A stretch of DNA of 64,000 bases, from contig CH464491.1 in NCBI GenBank assembly GCA_000002445.1, positions 448,001 through 512,000 on the forward strand, in the 5' to 3' direction. Origin of the DNA: Trypanosoma brucei (Eukaryota). A program made the translations under genes and the position numbers. The first letter of the stretch is position 1, and each line of letters starts with the position of its first letter. This document shows, one piece after another, positions 51,851-62,495 of this stretch. The notes beneath the pieces are model-generated. The model was given only the letters and a program-made list of their open reading frames with translations. It had not been told where the DNA came from and did no database searches.

Positions 51851-52614
51851 TATTCTCTATGACGTACAATTAGAGCACTATGCACGCTTTTAATGTTGTT
51901 CTTCCCTCACTCCCCGCTTGTTTCGTTCCTCCTTCCAATGAACAACGATGATGAGAATAAACTCAAACGATATATGTCTATATATGCGTGTGTATGTTGG
52001 TGTCACTCGCGACAGAAGGATAAATGTCCAAAAAGATCTCCTACGAAGAAAAATACCCACAACCGGTCAATGAAAAGTAATCAAAAAAAGATTTAGGATG
52101 TGTGGTGGTGCAGCCCCAGGGATTAATGAACCAATGGGCCACAGTACCAGTCGATTACTGTCGGACGGTAGAGAAAAAACGAAGGCGGAAAGAGAAAGAG
52201 AAGTATCCAGCAATGTGTACATAAAAAGAAACAAGAGGTTCTTCAAACCTTGATAGGGCCAGGTAAACACGTAATAGCCTGGAGGCAGTGAAAGGAAGGG
52301 ATTTTTCTTTCTTGAAGGAGATTAAAGGGTTGGGGGGAAAAGTCGGATGCGGAAGGAAGACGCAAGAAGTTCCAAAGCGGGTTCAACCCAACACCACTAA
52401 ACCAAACAAATAGACGGTAGGTGCTCACTTGCATTGCACCAAACATCTTGGTACTCAATTCCTTCCAACAACACATCTGTTGTCTATCCTACACAAAAAT
52501 ACAAACACATACGTACGACCTCATCCCTCAACCTTTCCCTTTTCTTCTTTCTTCTTTCTGTTCCCTTCCTTTCCTTTTCATTCGTTCATTTACACACCCA
52601 CTTCCTTCATATCG

Positions 52615-53235
52615 TTAATGGTATCGCGATGTGTCACTTACAGATCGCTTCCGCCTTGCGCCTCCCTCCGCTGAAGATGTCGCTGCAATTTTCTCCCCTC
52701 CCTCTGCGGCCCGCGTGGCATAGTGCTGACGAAACCCGAAGCTCTCGTCCAATGCACTCTCCAAAAAGTGCTCCAACGTCACGGCGAAATGGTTATCAAA
52801 TTTAACAGACCAGTCCTCCATCCGCTGCGAGGCCACGCGATGCACCTTCCCGTGAAGGTGATACCCCTGTGCAGACTTCTCAAAATCGAGCGTATACGCC
52901 TTTGTTTCCATGCGATGACGTGGCACCCGCTCCTTACATACGCCGACAAGATACGCAAGGTCTACATGACGCAGCCTTACGGAAATGCGACGGTCCGCAT
53001 CAAACTGAGGACTTAAATCATTTGGATCCACTTTGCGTGGGCCCAGTTGTGGGTACTGAGAAATGAGAAGCAGCTTCCCATCAACGGCAACACGCGTCAT
53101 TGTTCCGAGCGCAGGGTCATCCCGCACGTCGTGAATTTCAAATTTAGGCAGTGACTGAACGCCGGAAAAAGTAGAAGCGCCACGGGACCAGGCTGAGCGC
53201 ATGGCCGGTCCACGCAGGCATGCGAGTCGAATCAT
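52615..53235 (-). CDS. MRP1: Mitochondrial guide-RNA-binding protein MRP1 (gBP21)
   Basis: 206-aa, Arg-rich ORF with a presequence (MIRLACLRGPAMRSAWSRG). Its size, composition and position relative to IFT88 and Nfs match my recollection of T. brucei MRP1/gBP21. I did not check it against a database. Confidence 0.7.
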   Translation of the reverse strand: MIRLACLRGPAMRSAWSRGASTFSGVQSLPKFEIHDVRDDPALGTMTRVAVDGKLLLISQYPQLGPRKVDPNDLSPQFDADRRISVRLRHVDLAYLVGVCKERVPRHRMETKAYTLDFEKSAQGYHLHGKVHRVASQRMEDWSVKFDNHFAVTLEHFLESALDESFGFRQHYATRAAEGGEKIAATSSAEGGARRKRSVSDTSRYH

Positions 53236-54226
53236 GGCTTTTCTGTGTCAGAATAAAAAAACAAGGGAAAATCACAAGAAAGACAAAAAAGGAAACAAAA
53301 ACGCACCTCGCACCCTATATGGACGGTTCCCTTAGCTTACTGTATCCCCCTTCTTCCCCTCTCTTACGCAGTGAAGAGTGGTTCTTCTGTGAAACTCATA
53401 TAGAGTGTGTGTAAAAATGGGGGAAAATGAGATGAGCAAATATAATATATTTATTTATATTTATACCAAGTATTTAATTCCGGTTAGAAGTAGTGCTACA
53501 TCACAATATCAATGCAGCACCTCGCTTATCATTCCCCCCCCGCCGTACAAACTCATTTCCTTTTGTTGCGACTGTTAACGTGATCCATTCTTGTGGATGT
53601 CAACTACTCAAAGTGGCTCAGCACAATAATAAGCATTCAAAAAGGTGGCATGGGTCTCAGATTTGCTTTCTTTTTTCCCTTTCTTTTCTTATAAATGTCC
53701 TTCCTCTGTTCCTTACGCCCCCTCCCTGTTGTTATAACGACCTCTTGCTGCTAAGAAACAAAAGCAAACAAAAACAAATAAGGAGGAGTACGGACATAAA
53801 GAAGGGTCAAGAAAATAAAACGATTTAAACGTTACAAAGCGAAGAAAAAAAAAGAAAATAAAGCCACGACAGTCCACAATGAATTATTGCCGTACAGTCC
53901 ACACACACACACACACACACTAAACACGTGAGTGGAGGTAATGGGATCTGATGAAGACGTGCAAGCAGCAAAACCAGTTCGTAAAATTGGGGTGAAGTGG
54001 CAGAAACAACTGTGTGACGAAACCAACACCACTAAATTCACAGAAACGTGAGCACACCGCCGTCGTCACCTATTTATTGCATGCTTCAGAGAGTAAGGGG
54101 AAAGGGAAAGGTAAGAAAATCAGTCAAATAACAAGGAACAGCTTACCTTGAGATACCGTTTAATCGAAGCTATTATTTGTTACTATTATTACTATTATTG
54201 TGTTGTGGTTCCCCACGACGCCACAT

Positions 54227-54871
54227 TCAATTCCGCACAACACACCACCCATCGGCATCCCGTTCGTACGCGTTCTTTCTTTTCTTACTCCTCCGTTTCT
54301 TCCGTTGCTCACTTTCCTCCACCTCATCCTTCATATCTAATCCGTCGCCCATTGTCTCCATTTCCTCTTCTTCATTCCCAACTACACCATCGTAAGTGTT
54401 GCTCATGGCTCCAGCACCAGCGAGTTCGTCCTCATCGTCCGCGCCGCCAACATTCATGGAGAGTTGCACGGGATTTACACGACGGTAAACCTCGAGACTC
54501 GCTACGTACCGCTCAACGGTGCTAAAGTCATTTTGGCAACATCTGCAGTACATGTCATGTAAGACGTCACCGACTTCCTTCATACTGTCATCCTCTACAA
54601 TAACCGAGCGAGCTTCACCAAAAAAGTTTTCAAAGAATATCTCCAAATCATCCGAGTACACTTCACCATCCTTCTGAAACCATGACACCAGCTCACGATA
54701 CATTGACGTAAGTGCTGAGAGATCGCAGTGCTGCGAAACAAGATGTAACGCCGTCCATTGATTTAGCACCGCATCCAAACCGACAATAAACCGTTGAAAC
54801 TGCTCCGCTGTGGCGCGATACGGCTGCCGCATTAACTGGAGTCCTACTGGTACTTGTTGTTGCTGCTGCAT
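54227..54871 (-). CDS. Pre-rRNA processing protein TSR2-like
   Basis: 214-aa ORF. FIVGLDAVLNQWTALHLV..., then LEIFFENFFGE...VEDDSMKEVGDVL, then an acidic C-terminus. This follows the TSR2 family pattern (W.aL..A, led.L...m..eF....eD.S..ev) as I remember it. Confidence 0.6.
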   Translation of the reverse strand: MQQQQQVPVGLQLMRQPYRATAEQFQRFIVGLDAVLNQWTALHLVSQHCDLSALTSMYRELVSWFQKDGEVYSDDLEIFFENFFGEARSVIVEDDSMKEVGDVLHDMYCRCCQNDFSTVERYVASLEVYRRVNPVQLSMNVGGADDEDELAGAGAMSNTYDGVVGNEEEEMETMGDGLDMKDEVEESEQRKKRRSKKRKNAYERDADGWCVVRN

Positions 54872-55286
54872 GAAGTGCTGTAAGGTGAAACCAAACGATG
54901 AAAAAGCAAAAAAAGGGGGAAAACTGGCCTTTTCAACGTTTTTCGGTCAAATGTAGTCCAAAGAAAACGGTAAGTTGTCCTCTTTATTACTTTTGTTGTT
55001 GTGTTTCCCCTTCGTTTGTTTCTTTCCTTCTCAAGTTTACACTCCCTCTCCCCCTTTACCTGAAGGAGTAAATGAAGGAGGAGAAAATGAAGTTGATGCT
55101 CCTTACCACTCTTCACACATATAATGATAATAGTGACAACAACAAACAAAAGTCAGTACAAGGAAAAGCAGTCACCACAGCGGCAGAGAAGACCTTTCAT
55201 CGTATGATTAAGAAAAGAAAATTATACTCCTCCCTCTCCCCAGCGCTGGATCCCCTTGTTGCCACCCGAGAAACAAACACAAGCAC

Positions 55287-55307
55287 ACATACATACACAC
55301 ACATACA

Positions 55308-55342
<35 letters not shown>
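55287..55342. repeat. (ACAT)n microsatellite
   Basis: Nine perfect ACAT units from 55301 to 55336, flanked by imperfect units. Intergenic. Confidence 0.95.
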
Positions 55343-56239
55343 GTGTGCATTCCTTTCTCCTTCATAACGCCAATAAATGAAGATTTTAACAACAATAATA
55401 ATAACGGCTGCAATGCGAGCCACGCCATTTCTGATCGTTTTAGTTTCTGTACGCCGTAGGCGTGGGGACAGTGCAAAATGTCAATGAGGAACAATAGCAT
55501 TAGGAACGCATTTCATAGGAACCAAAGTAACAGCAAAAAGGGGGAATAAAAGGCACTCTCTTAACGCTGCTATCGCTGCCGCACGCGCATCATCGGATCT
55601 TTTTCTTTTTTCTGTTGGAGGGAAGGGGGGTTCCATTTGCTGCAGTATGAGGGAATTCCACCACAACTTCTCTTGTCACTTTATTGGTGATCTCCCCATC
55701 TCCCCTCACCCGTGCCCGCGCCCGTATTGTACGTGTTGGATTTTTTTCTGTTGCTTATTCATTTATTACTCGACATGCTAGAGGAACACAAGCAAGTAAA
55801 AGAAGAAGCAAAATAAAGATTCTTACTTGTTTAATTATTGAACTCATTTGGATTGGCTGTCGGCTCCCTTCTCTCCCTTCGCCAACTTTCGTATACCCTT
55901 TTATCAGTTCATCCAAGTTCTGTTTTCCTGTGTGTAACGTCCTGCCTGCGTAAGCACAAAGACTTACGGGAACGGGGGAAAACGAAAAAGACATGAGGAA
56001 ATGGATTGTATGAAGTTGTGTGGGTAAGTTCATAATTTAAAACATAAAAAACTACCTCGCAAGCATGTGCTTGCACCTACACACACAGGTTCCTTCCTTC
56101 TCTGTAATTAAACGGCATGATCCATTACCAGCACCATAATTGTAAAGATTTAAAAAAACGAGTGAAATAAAACAAAAAAGCGAATGAAGTCGAGACAATT
56201 CTTAGAAATACCACGACACCACGCCACATGTTCACACAA

Positions 56240-57112
56240 TCAATCGCTCTCATCACTTTCACAATCCACAAAAGGTTGCAGTGGATACACGACTTCAGGT
56301 TCGTCCCCTGCAACGAGGCTACTGATGTAATCGCCTAAACGCTCTGCCACGCGACGAAGTATTCCTGTCTCTGCGCGGCAGCACCTGTACAAATTGCCAG
56401 GTTGATTGCGACGATCCGAATGTATAGGACAGCGTTCTTCCATATTTGGGCTGGCTCGCTCTTCCGCGTCAACAAGCGGGCTACACGCGGGAATTATGTC
56501 CTCAATCGCTTGCACGGTGTACAACATGGAGTCATCAGGTTGTTGGCTTAACAACCAATGAATAGAAACGCGCGCCATGTTCAACGTATCGCGTGTCGTT
56601 AGAAAAACAACAGCGCCAGTGCGGAGGGGAGTTGCATGTCTGTATCTAAAACTTTGGACAGCATCCATAGCTTCGAATAATTGTTCCACAAGTCTATCTG
56701 GATTGCCCCTGCACGGCAACCAGTTCTTGTCACCCTTCTGCTGAGCCTCCAGGAAATTTGTCTGCGCCTTCTTTATTCCACTAAAATCTTTTAACTTTGA
56801 TATATCCTCTTTCCCTATGTTTGGCGCAATGCCGTGAATATATTTCACCCTCCGCATCCAATCCTCCACAGACTTCTTCTGGCAGCAGAAATCACGGCAG
56901 GAAGGCATGTAAGCAAACCCACCATCGTAAAGAATTTCATTTTGATTTGGTGGTCCCCATGGATGACCGATAGCAAGGTAATGGCCCTCGACGGGGACGT
57001 GGCTTCGTACATTGTCTATGAAACCCACACATTCCTGCGATAAAAGTGTTTGAAATGAGACAAATATCACCGCCGCCTCCGCATCTTCGTCATGAAACTG
57101 GAATTCGCACAT
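56240..57112 (-). CDS. Hypothetical protein (290 aa), Cys-rich, acidic C-terminus
   Basis: Sense-strand ORF with no recognised domain. Confidence 0.7.
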   Translation of the reverse strand: MCEFQFHDEDAEAAVIFVSFQTLLSQECVGFIDNVRSHVPVEGHYLAIGHPWGPPNQNEILYDGGFAYMPSCRDFCCQKKSVEDWMRRVKYIHGIAPNIGKEDISKLKDFSGIKKAQTNFLEAQQKGDKNWLPCRGNPDRLVEQLFEAMDAVQSFRYRHATPLRTGAVVFLTTRDTLNMARVSIHWLLSQQPDDSMLYTVQAIEDIIPACSPLVDAEERASPNMEERCPIHSDRRNQPGNLYRCCRAETGILRRVAERLGDYISSLVAGDEPEVVYPLQPFVDCESDESD

Positions 57113-57562
57113 GAAGCGATTGTCTCACGACGCAGGCTCAGCAAATTTGGCTATAGCCTACAAACAGAGAAGTGGACACTACACGTAAACAAGAAGAAAA
57201 GGGAAAGAAAAAGAAAAGATTCAAAAAAAAGAGAAGAAGGGGAAGTAATCATAACTAAAAATGCTAACGAGAGAGAAATAAAAACAGTGGAAGAATCCAA
57301 ACATCACACAACCTGTCGTTTATGGTTTGCTAATGTTGCCGCGTGTATGTACTTTCTTGCCCTCGCCACTGAAGAGCTAAACACCATCTTGCAAACGGAA
57401 GTTTTCTCTAAACAAAGATTGATTTATTGGCAAATGTATCATATGCCCTGTTCACATATTTCTTGTATGTCTGCTCGTATTCCTCCTCTTCCTCCGTTCA
57501 GGCTCTATGTGACACTCAAACCCAAAATGCGCGGCAGTATATTTGCGAACATAAGTGTGGGT

Positions 57563-57647
57563 CGCATGGTTGGATATGAAGCAGCTTGGAGTTCCACATA
57601 CTCAAAGAGAAAAAGATAACTGCATCTGCTTCATATCCAACCATGCG
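57563..57647. other. Perfect 22-bp inverted repeat (41-nt spacer)
   Basis: cgcatggttggatatgaagcag (57563-57584) is the exact reverse complement of ctgcttcatatccaaccatgcg (57626-57647). It lies in the spacer between the IFT88 stop codon (58339) and the next gene start (57112). Confidence 0.95.
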
Positions 57648-58338
57648 CCTTTTTCTTTCTCTCTCAGTCCTGTCAGACACATACACAGCTCCGTCGGGTG
57701 TGGAGGAGTTTCCCGGGCACACGGCACTGCGTCAAACCCACAGCGGCAACAAAAAGAGAAGGAAAAGCAGACTGTGAGTGAAAAAAAAAAAAGCGGCACG
57801 GCGCATTTGCTCAGCAAAACCAAAGGGAAAGGGGGACCTTTGTTTATCTTATTCACTACGTATGTATACGCATATATATATATATATATATATATAATGA
57901 ATAAAATGAAAGGGAGGAGAATTCAGACAAAATTTAAATGCACCAGCACCAACCCACTGTACGATCAGCAACAACACAAAACACTACCAAACGCTGGTAT
58001 GCCGGAGGGACAAGCGAAGCAAGTATGACCACGATTTTCTCCTGGAAGTTTTCAAGTCCTTGATCGTGATTCTTTTCTTCATTAATTCTAAAGAAATGAT
58101 GACCATAACTATTTTTTTTTCTCCAGTAACACTATTCTTTTTTTTTCTTTTCCTTTGCCCTCCTCCACTAAAGCGAGCACACGTATCATTGTCGTCTATA
58201 TATATATATATATATATATTTACATATATATGTACAGGCGTATATGCAAACACTTCAATAAATCCCCCCTTGGCCAACGCAGGCACCAGTTCGTATGTGT
58301 TTCCAACCCCTTTTTGTTCCTCTACGAGCATATCCTTT

Positions 58339-60741
58339 CTATATTCCCGGGAGGTCAATTTCATCTCCACTGCTTTGCACCGCCTTTTTTCGGGCCACCG
58401 AGGACTGCGACTCACCCACGATGTCGTCCTCATCGGCACCTGACAAGGTCGACTTATCGCCCAGCCCAACTGTTGCGCGTCGTCCGGCGGTGGCTGCACC
58501 GGGGGCCGCGCTAGTGGGTGAAACCGTCTTTGCACCGTCATCGTCGTCAGCGCCGCCACTCACGGCACTGTCTTCCACCTGGCGGCGCTCTTCTAATTTC
58601 TTTACTTTCATGAACCACTCATTTGCTTCATCGATCAAACCAGCATCCTTACATAGGTGAACCAGATACCGCAAGCACTCAAGGTTCTCCGGGTACTTAC
58701 GGTGAAGCGCCTCGTAGAGTCGCTTGGCCTGCACGTAATCTCCGCGGCGGCGATGACACGAGGCGACCATGAGTTGCCACTTCACCTCCTGTGGTTGAAT
58801 TTGTGAGGCACGCTCAAAGAATTGAATGGCCTTGTCGTACACCTCATTCTTCACAAAGTAAGCACCAAGCCAAGAGATAACATCCATATTCACCTGGAAG
58901 TAGCGATAAGCCTCCAAATAATAATGGAACGCTTGACTGTCGTCCCCTTCGCGAGCGTAGAGGGAACCCATACGTGCCAAAATATTAGGATCGGTCGGAA
59001 CACGGCCAACAAGCCTATTAAACCACTCAGAGGTGGCAGGACTGCTCACTAGATCGCTGATATCAGCAATCTGATATACAATTTCATGGCTATCAACTAG
59101 CGACTGGCCCCGCTTGAACATCTTCAAGGCTTCCTCGTACAAGCCAAGCCGCTTCGCTGTGAGTCCGAGGTTATATATAGCTTCAATGTTGTCGGCCTCA
59201 ACGGCAAGCGCATCATTGTAGTAAGTTCGTGCCTTTTCATAATCAGCTTTGATGAAGAAGAAATTTCCCTTGTTAACAAGCGCTCTTGCATTGTAACGGT
59301 TTGCTTCAAGACTCATATCGCTATACCTCTCGCCACTTTCATAATCCCCTTCCAGGAAGTACAAGTATGCTAAATTCGTTGCCGCTCGCGCCCGCAGTAA
59401 CTTATCCTTCTTCTCGAAAGCCTTCAGTCCCTCGGTAGCTTCCTTGTAACTGTTATGCTTCAGGTAGTAGAGGCATTTGCACATCTCCAATTCACTTGCC
59501 AAATGCGACGAGGAGTCACGCATCTCGTAATGGCGGAGACGTTCAATTAAGTAATCATACCCAGCACGCCAATCCTTTTCGATGACGGGGGCAATCAACC
59601 GAGCAGCCGTCATAATACAGTAAAGAAAGTGTGTACGTTCCTCCTTAATCTTCTCCCGCAAAGAGTCGTCTACGAGAACATCCTTTTCCCCCTCCTCGAT
59701 TTCGTCTTCCCCTTCCGCACCGAGTGTTTTAAATGTTAACATCTTCTGGAATGTCCGCTTCATCCGCTCGGTTTCACCCAATGCATAGTAACACAAAAGG
59801 AGGTTAAAGGCCGCGTCGATGTCACCGTTCCCTTCCATAATGGCTTCGTAACTGCTCACCGCATCGCGATACTGCCCAAGTTTCACAAACGCATTGCCAA
59901 CGTTTCTCATAAGTTTATAGCGCAGTTCCTTGGAAGCCGACGGAGTCTCGTCCAACGTCATTCGGTACATTTTAATGGCAAGCAAATACTTATTTTGTGC
60001 GGCGTAAATATTTCCCATATTTACCCGAAGCCGTGAAGCATATGGAAACTGCAGATTGCGGATAATTAAATTATATGTGTTCAGTGCCTCGGTATACATT
60101 TGGTGGTTCTGGTACTGAACCGCTAGGTTAAAGTGCACGGCGTAAGTGAGGTCAGAGTTGATTTGATCCGCAAGGCCCAAGTTCTCACGCTGCTTGCAGA
60201 GGAAGCGCTCCTTCTTACCGGCTTCTTTCGCCTTCTCTAATGCGCCTCCGTAGTCTTTGCGCAGTGCCAATACAGCGCTCTCCTCAATGAGTTTGTGCGT
60301 CATTTTTTCAATTTCCACGCACTGCTCCTCGGGGCTGTTCTCCCCCCGCTTCTTGAGTGGTGGTGCCGGCCCCATTGCCATTGCCGTACGGCCCTGTCCT
60401 GTTGGGTCAAACACTGCACCATTAACATTGCGTCCCTTCGCTGCATTAAAGCCAACTCCGCGGTTGGACGTCATGGGTCGGGCCGCAGCTCCGCCAAAGT
60501 TTTCTAAGCGGCTACCGGGAACGCCCCACGCTGAGCCACCGCTCTCTCCACCCCACTTTGACGGAGGCGCCTGCATGAGCGGGTTCTTCACTCCTCCAGG
60601 ACCTCCATTGGCACCAGCTGGCATGCCTCGTGGGAAGCCCTGAGTCCCGCCCTGCGCCATGTCACCGAACGCATCTTGCATCTCCGGTTCAAATGAAGCA
60701 TAAATATCTTCCTCCATGCCGTCACCCTGTTGTAAGTCCAT
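58339..60741 (-). CDS. IFT88: Intraflagellar transport protein IFT88 (TPR repeat protein)
   Basis: 800-aa ORF. ALNTYNLIIRNLQFPYASRLRVNMGNIYAAQNKYLLAIKMYRMTLDETPSASKELRYKLMRNVGNAFVKLGQYRDAVSSYEAIMEG is colinear with human IFT88 ALNTYQVIVKNKMF...MNMGNIYLKQRNYSKAIKFYRMALDQVPSVNKQMRIKIMQNIGVTFIQAGQYSDAINSYEHIM (from memory). TPR repeats occur throughout. Confidence 0.92.
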   Translation of the reverse strand: MDLQQGDGMEEDIYASFEPEMQDAFGDMAQGGTQGFPRGMPAGANGGPGGVKNPLMQAPPSKWGGESGGSAWGVPGSRLENFGGAAARPMTSNRGVGFNAAKGRNVNGAVFDPTGQGRTAMAMGPAPPLKKRGENSPEEQCVEIEKMTHKLIEESAVLALRKDYGGALEKAKEAGKKERFLCKQRENLGLADQINSDLTYAVHFNLAVQYQNHQMYTEALNTYNLIIRNLQFPYASRLRVNMGNIYAAQNKYLLAIKMYRMTLDETPSASKELRYKLMRNVGNAFVKLGQYRDAVSSYEAIMEGNGDIDAAFNLLLCYYALGETERMKRTFQKMLTFKTLGAEGEDEIEEGEKDVLVDDSLREKIKEERTHFLYCIMTAARLIAPVIEKDWRAGYDYLIERLRHYEMRDSSSHLASELEMCKCLYYLKHNSYKEATEGLKAFEKKDKLLRARAATNLAYLYFLEGDYESGERYSDMSLEANRYNARALVNKGNFFFIKADYEKARTYYNDALAVEADNIEAIYNLGLTAKRLGLYEEALKMFKRGQSLVDSHEIVYQIADISDLVSSPATSEWFNRLVGRVPTDPNILARMGSLYAREGDDSQAFHYYLEAYRYFQVNMDVISWLGAYFVKNEVYDKAIQFFERASQIQPQEVKWQLMVASCHRRRGDYVQAKRLYEALHRKYPENLECLRYLVHLCKDAGLIDEANEWFMKVKKLEERRQVEDSAVSGGADDDDGAKTVSPTSAAPGAATAGRRATVGLGDKSTLSGADEDDIVGESQSSVARKKAVQSSGDEIDLPGI

Positions 60742-61424
60742 CTGCAGTAACTCACCACGAACTTACTCGAATAAATGTATAATATATGATGATGAATAGG
60801 CCTGTCCTCTCTTACCTTGTACCCTCCACTTCAAGCAGTAAAGAACCCCTCTCTGATATTGCTGTCGGTGACGGCGTTGCAACAAATGATAATAAAAAAT
60901 ATTCTTTTCTTTATTTCGACTCAAATTCCTCCAACTTACCCTCTCAGCTAACTGGCTCTCTCCTACTTTTTGCGTTGTTCTTCAAATTCCCACTTGGAAT
61001 CTACCAACGTGGAAAAAAAAAGACGAAAAACAAGGAAGAAATAGGGGGAAATGCTAAAGTGAAGTTAGGTAGCTCCGCCAAAATGAGTAAACGTAACAAC
61101 AAAAAATTGATTCAAACCCCACCTCAACCCATACACTTGAGGAGGACTCGGGAAAAGTGGTTGTTCGTACATGTCGGAAACGAAAAGCACCATCATAAAA
61201 ATTCTCAGAGAGCAAAAAAAAAAGACACGTATAACCTGACAAACACGTATCGACATATTTTATCGGCGTAATGTTCCTCCAGCAACCCCCACACTCAACA
61301 GCACTACTTTCCCCGCATATCTTAATTTCCCTGTCTCCGAACACTCCCTCGCTCCCCACACAAACGCAAACCCACACACACACACACACACACACACTTA
61401 ATTTAAGGTTGGTCTTTTAATGTA

Positions 61425-62408
61425 TTAGAAGGTTGGGGGCGGCAGCTGCCATTGAGTTTGGTTGCTATCGGGGTTCAATGGCATATGGTTCCCACCACTT
61501 GCCACACTTGCTATAGGATGATGAATTGCTGAAGGTTGCTGAGATTGATAACTAAATTGTTGTTGGTATGTGTGTTGCGGTGATAATGGTGGTTGTTGCA
61601 CTGTTGGTGGATGCGGTACACTTTGCGGGTACATCTGCTGGGGAAACGGACTACATCCTAAATTAGTTGTATTCACCATGTCTGAACCATAAGGTGGCTG
61701 CTGCGGACCACTGGAAAAATGTTGTTGAGCAACCTGAGAGTAAGATTCGGGACCCGGCGTCGGTGCTGAAGTCGTAGCGAAGTAGTCCGGAAGGGCGTAC
61801 TGCGGCCGGTGAGGAATATTCCCAGTAGATCGCTGCGTACCAAATGGACCATGACCATACGAACCCGGTTGCTGCGACAGACCAGAAACAAATGGCTGAC
61901 CACCTTGGTTCACACGGGACAGTGGCGCCCCCACAAAAGACGATGACCCGCGTTGCATTGGTGGCGGTGGCGGCAGCGGAACGGCCTTTTCCCCTGAACG
62001 CTCAAGTTCCTCCTCCTGCAAGCGCTGCTGGAACTCAGCCTTTATACTCTCCGGTGCATCGGGGCTCACGTTCCAGCGATTTAGCTCCTTATCAAAGTAG
62101 TACCAGTTCTTCGACACGGGGAGACCGTTTTCGTCCAACTCTACCTTATCACTGTTACACGCACTGTGGGCACCACTGTTGCATGCCCCACTGAAAGGAG
62201 CGTCCAAACCGAGGTTTCCCACACCCCCGTGGCTGTTATCACCGGAACCAAAAACAACATCCGTCAATTTGTGCAAGCATGTGTCTATCCTTGACGCACC
62301 AGCGGATCCTGGACGAGATTCTAACGTGGAACCATCTCCAGAGGCTCCGCGGCCGCCAATGTTAATGCCAAGTTTTGTGCTCAGCCAGCCAACAGCTTGC
62401 AGAGACAT
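61425..62408 (-). CDS. Q/P-rich low-complexity protein (about 328 aa)
   Basis: The ORF extends to 62720, but codons 1-104 translate a polypyrimidine/AT-rich spacer. The first plausible start is the ATG at 62408 (MSLQAVGWLSTKLG), 35 nt downstream of a polyY-AG signal. The C-terminal 200 aa are rich in Q, P, S and Y. Confidence 0.7.
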   Translation of the reverse strand: MSLQAVGWLSTKLGINIGGRGASGDGSTLESRPGSAGASRIDTCLHKLTDVVFGSGDNSHGGVGNLGLDAPFSGACNSGAHSACNSDKVELDENGLPVSKNWYYFDKELNRWNVSPDAPESIKAEFQQRLQEEELERSGEKAVPLPPPPPMQRGSSSFVGAPLSRVNQGGQPFVSGLSQQPGSYGHGPFGTQRSTGNIPHRPQYALPDYFATTSAPTPGPESYSQVAQQHFSSGPQQPPYGSDMVNTTNLGCSPFPQQMYPQSVPHPPTVQQPPLSPQHTYQQQFSYQSQQPSAIHHPIASVASGGNHMPLNPDSNQTQWQLPPPTF

Positions 62409-62442
62409 ACGCTTAGAGTCGGTAGTTTCTATTCCAATCTTG

Positions 62443-62495
62443 CTACATGTGGGGTACAAAAAAAAAGTGTAAGGAAGGGAGGGAGGGAGGGGTGA
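62443..62495 (-). promoter_or_regulatory. Polypyrimidine tract + AG: candidate trans-splice acceptor for the 61425..62408 gene
   Basis: The minus strand reads cccctccctccctcccttccttacactttttttttgtaccccacatgtAG. The AG is at 62444-62443 and the ATG at 62408. Confidence 0.55.

Noticed and set aside
16839-54871. Apparent co-location of ribosome-biogenesis functions (snoRNA array, XRN-like nuclease, NVL/Rix7-like AAA, TSR2-like) as a functional gene cluster or operon.
   Set aside because: Trypanosomatid polycistrons are not generally organised by function. The genes are interspersed with unrelated ones (IVD, TatD, Nfs, IFT88). With ~25 genes, a few sharing a broad process is expected by chance.
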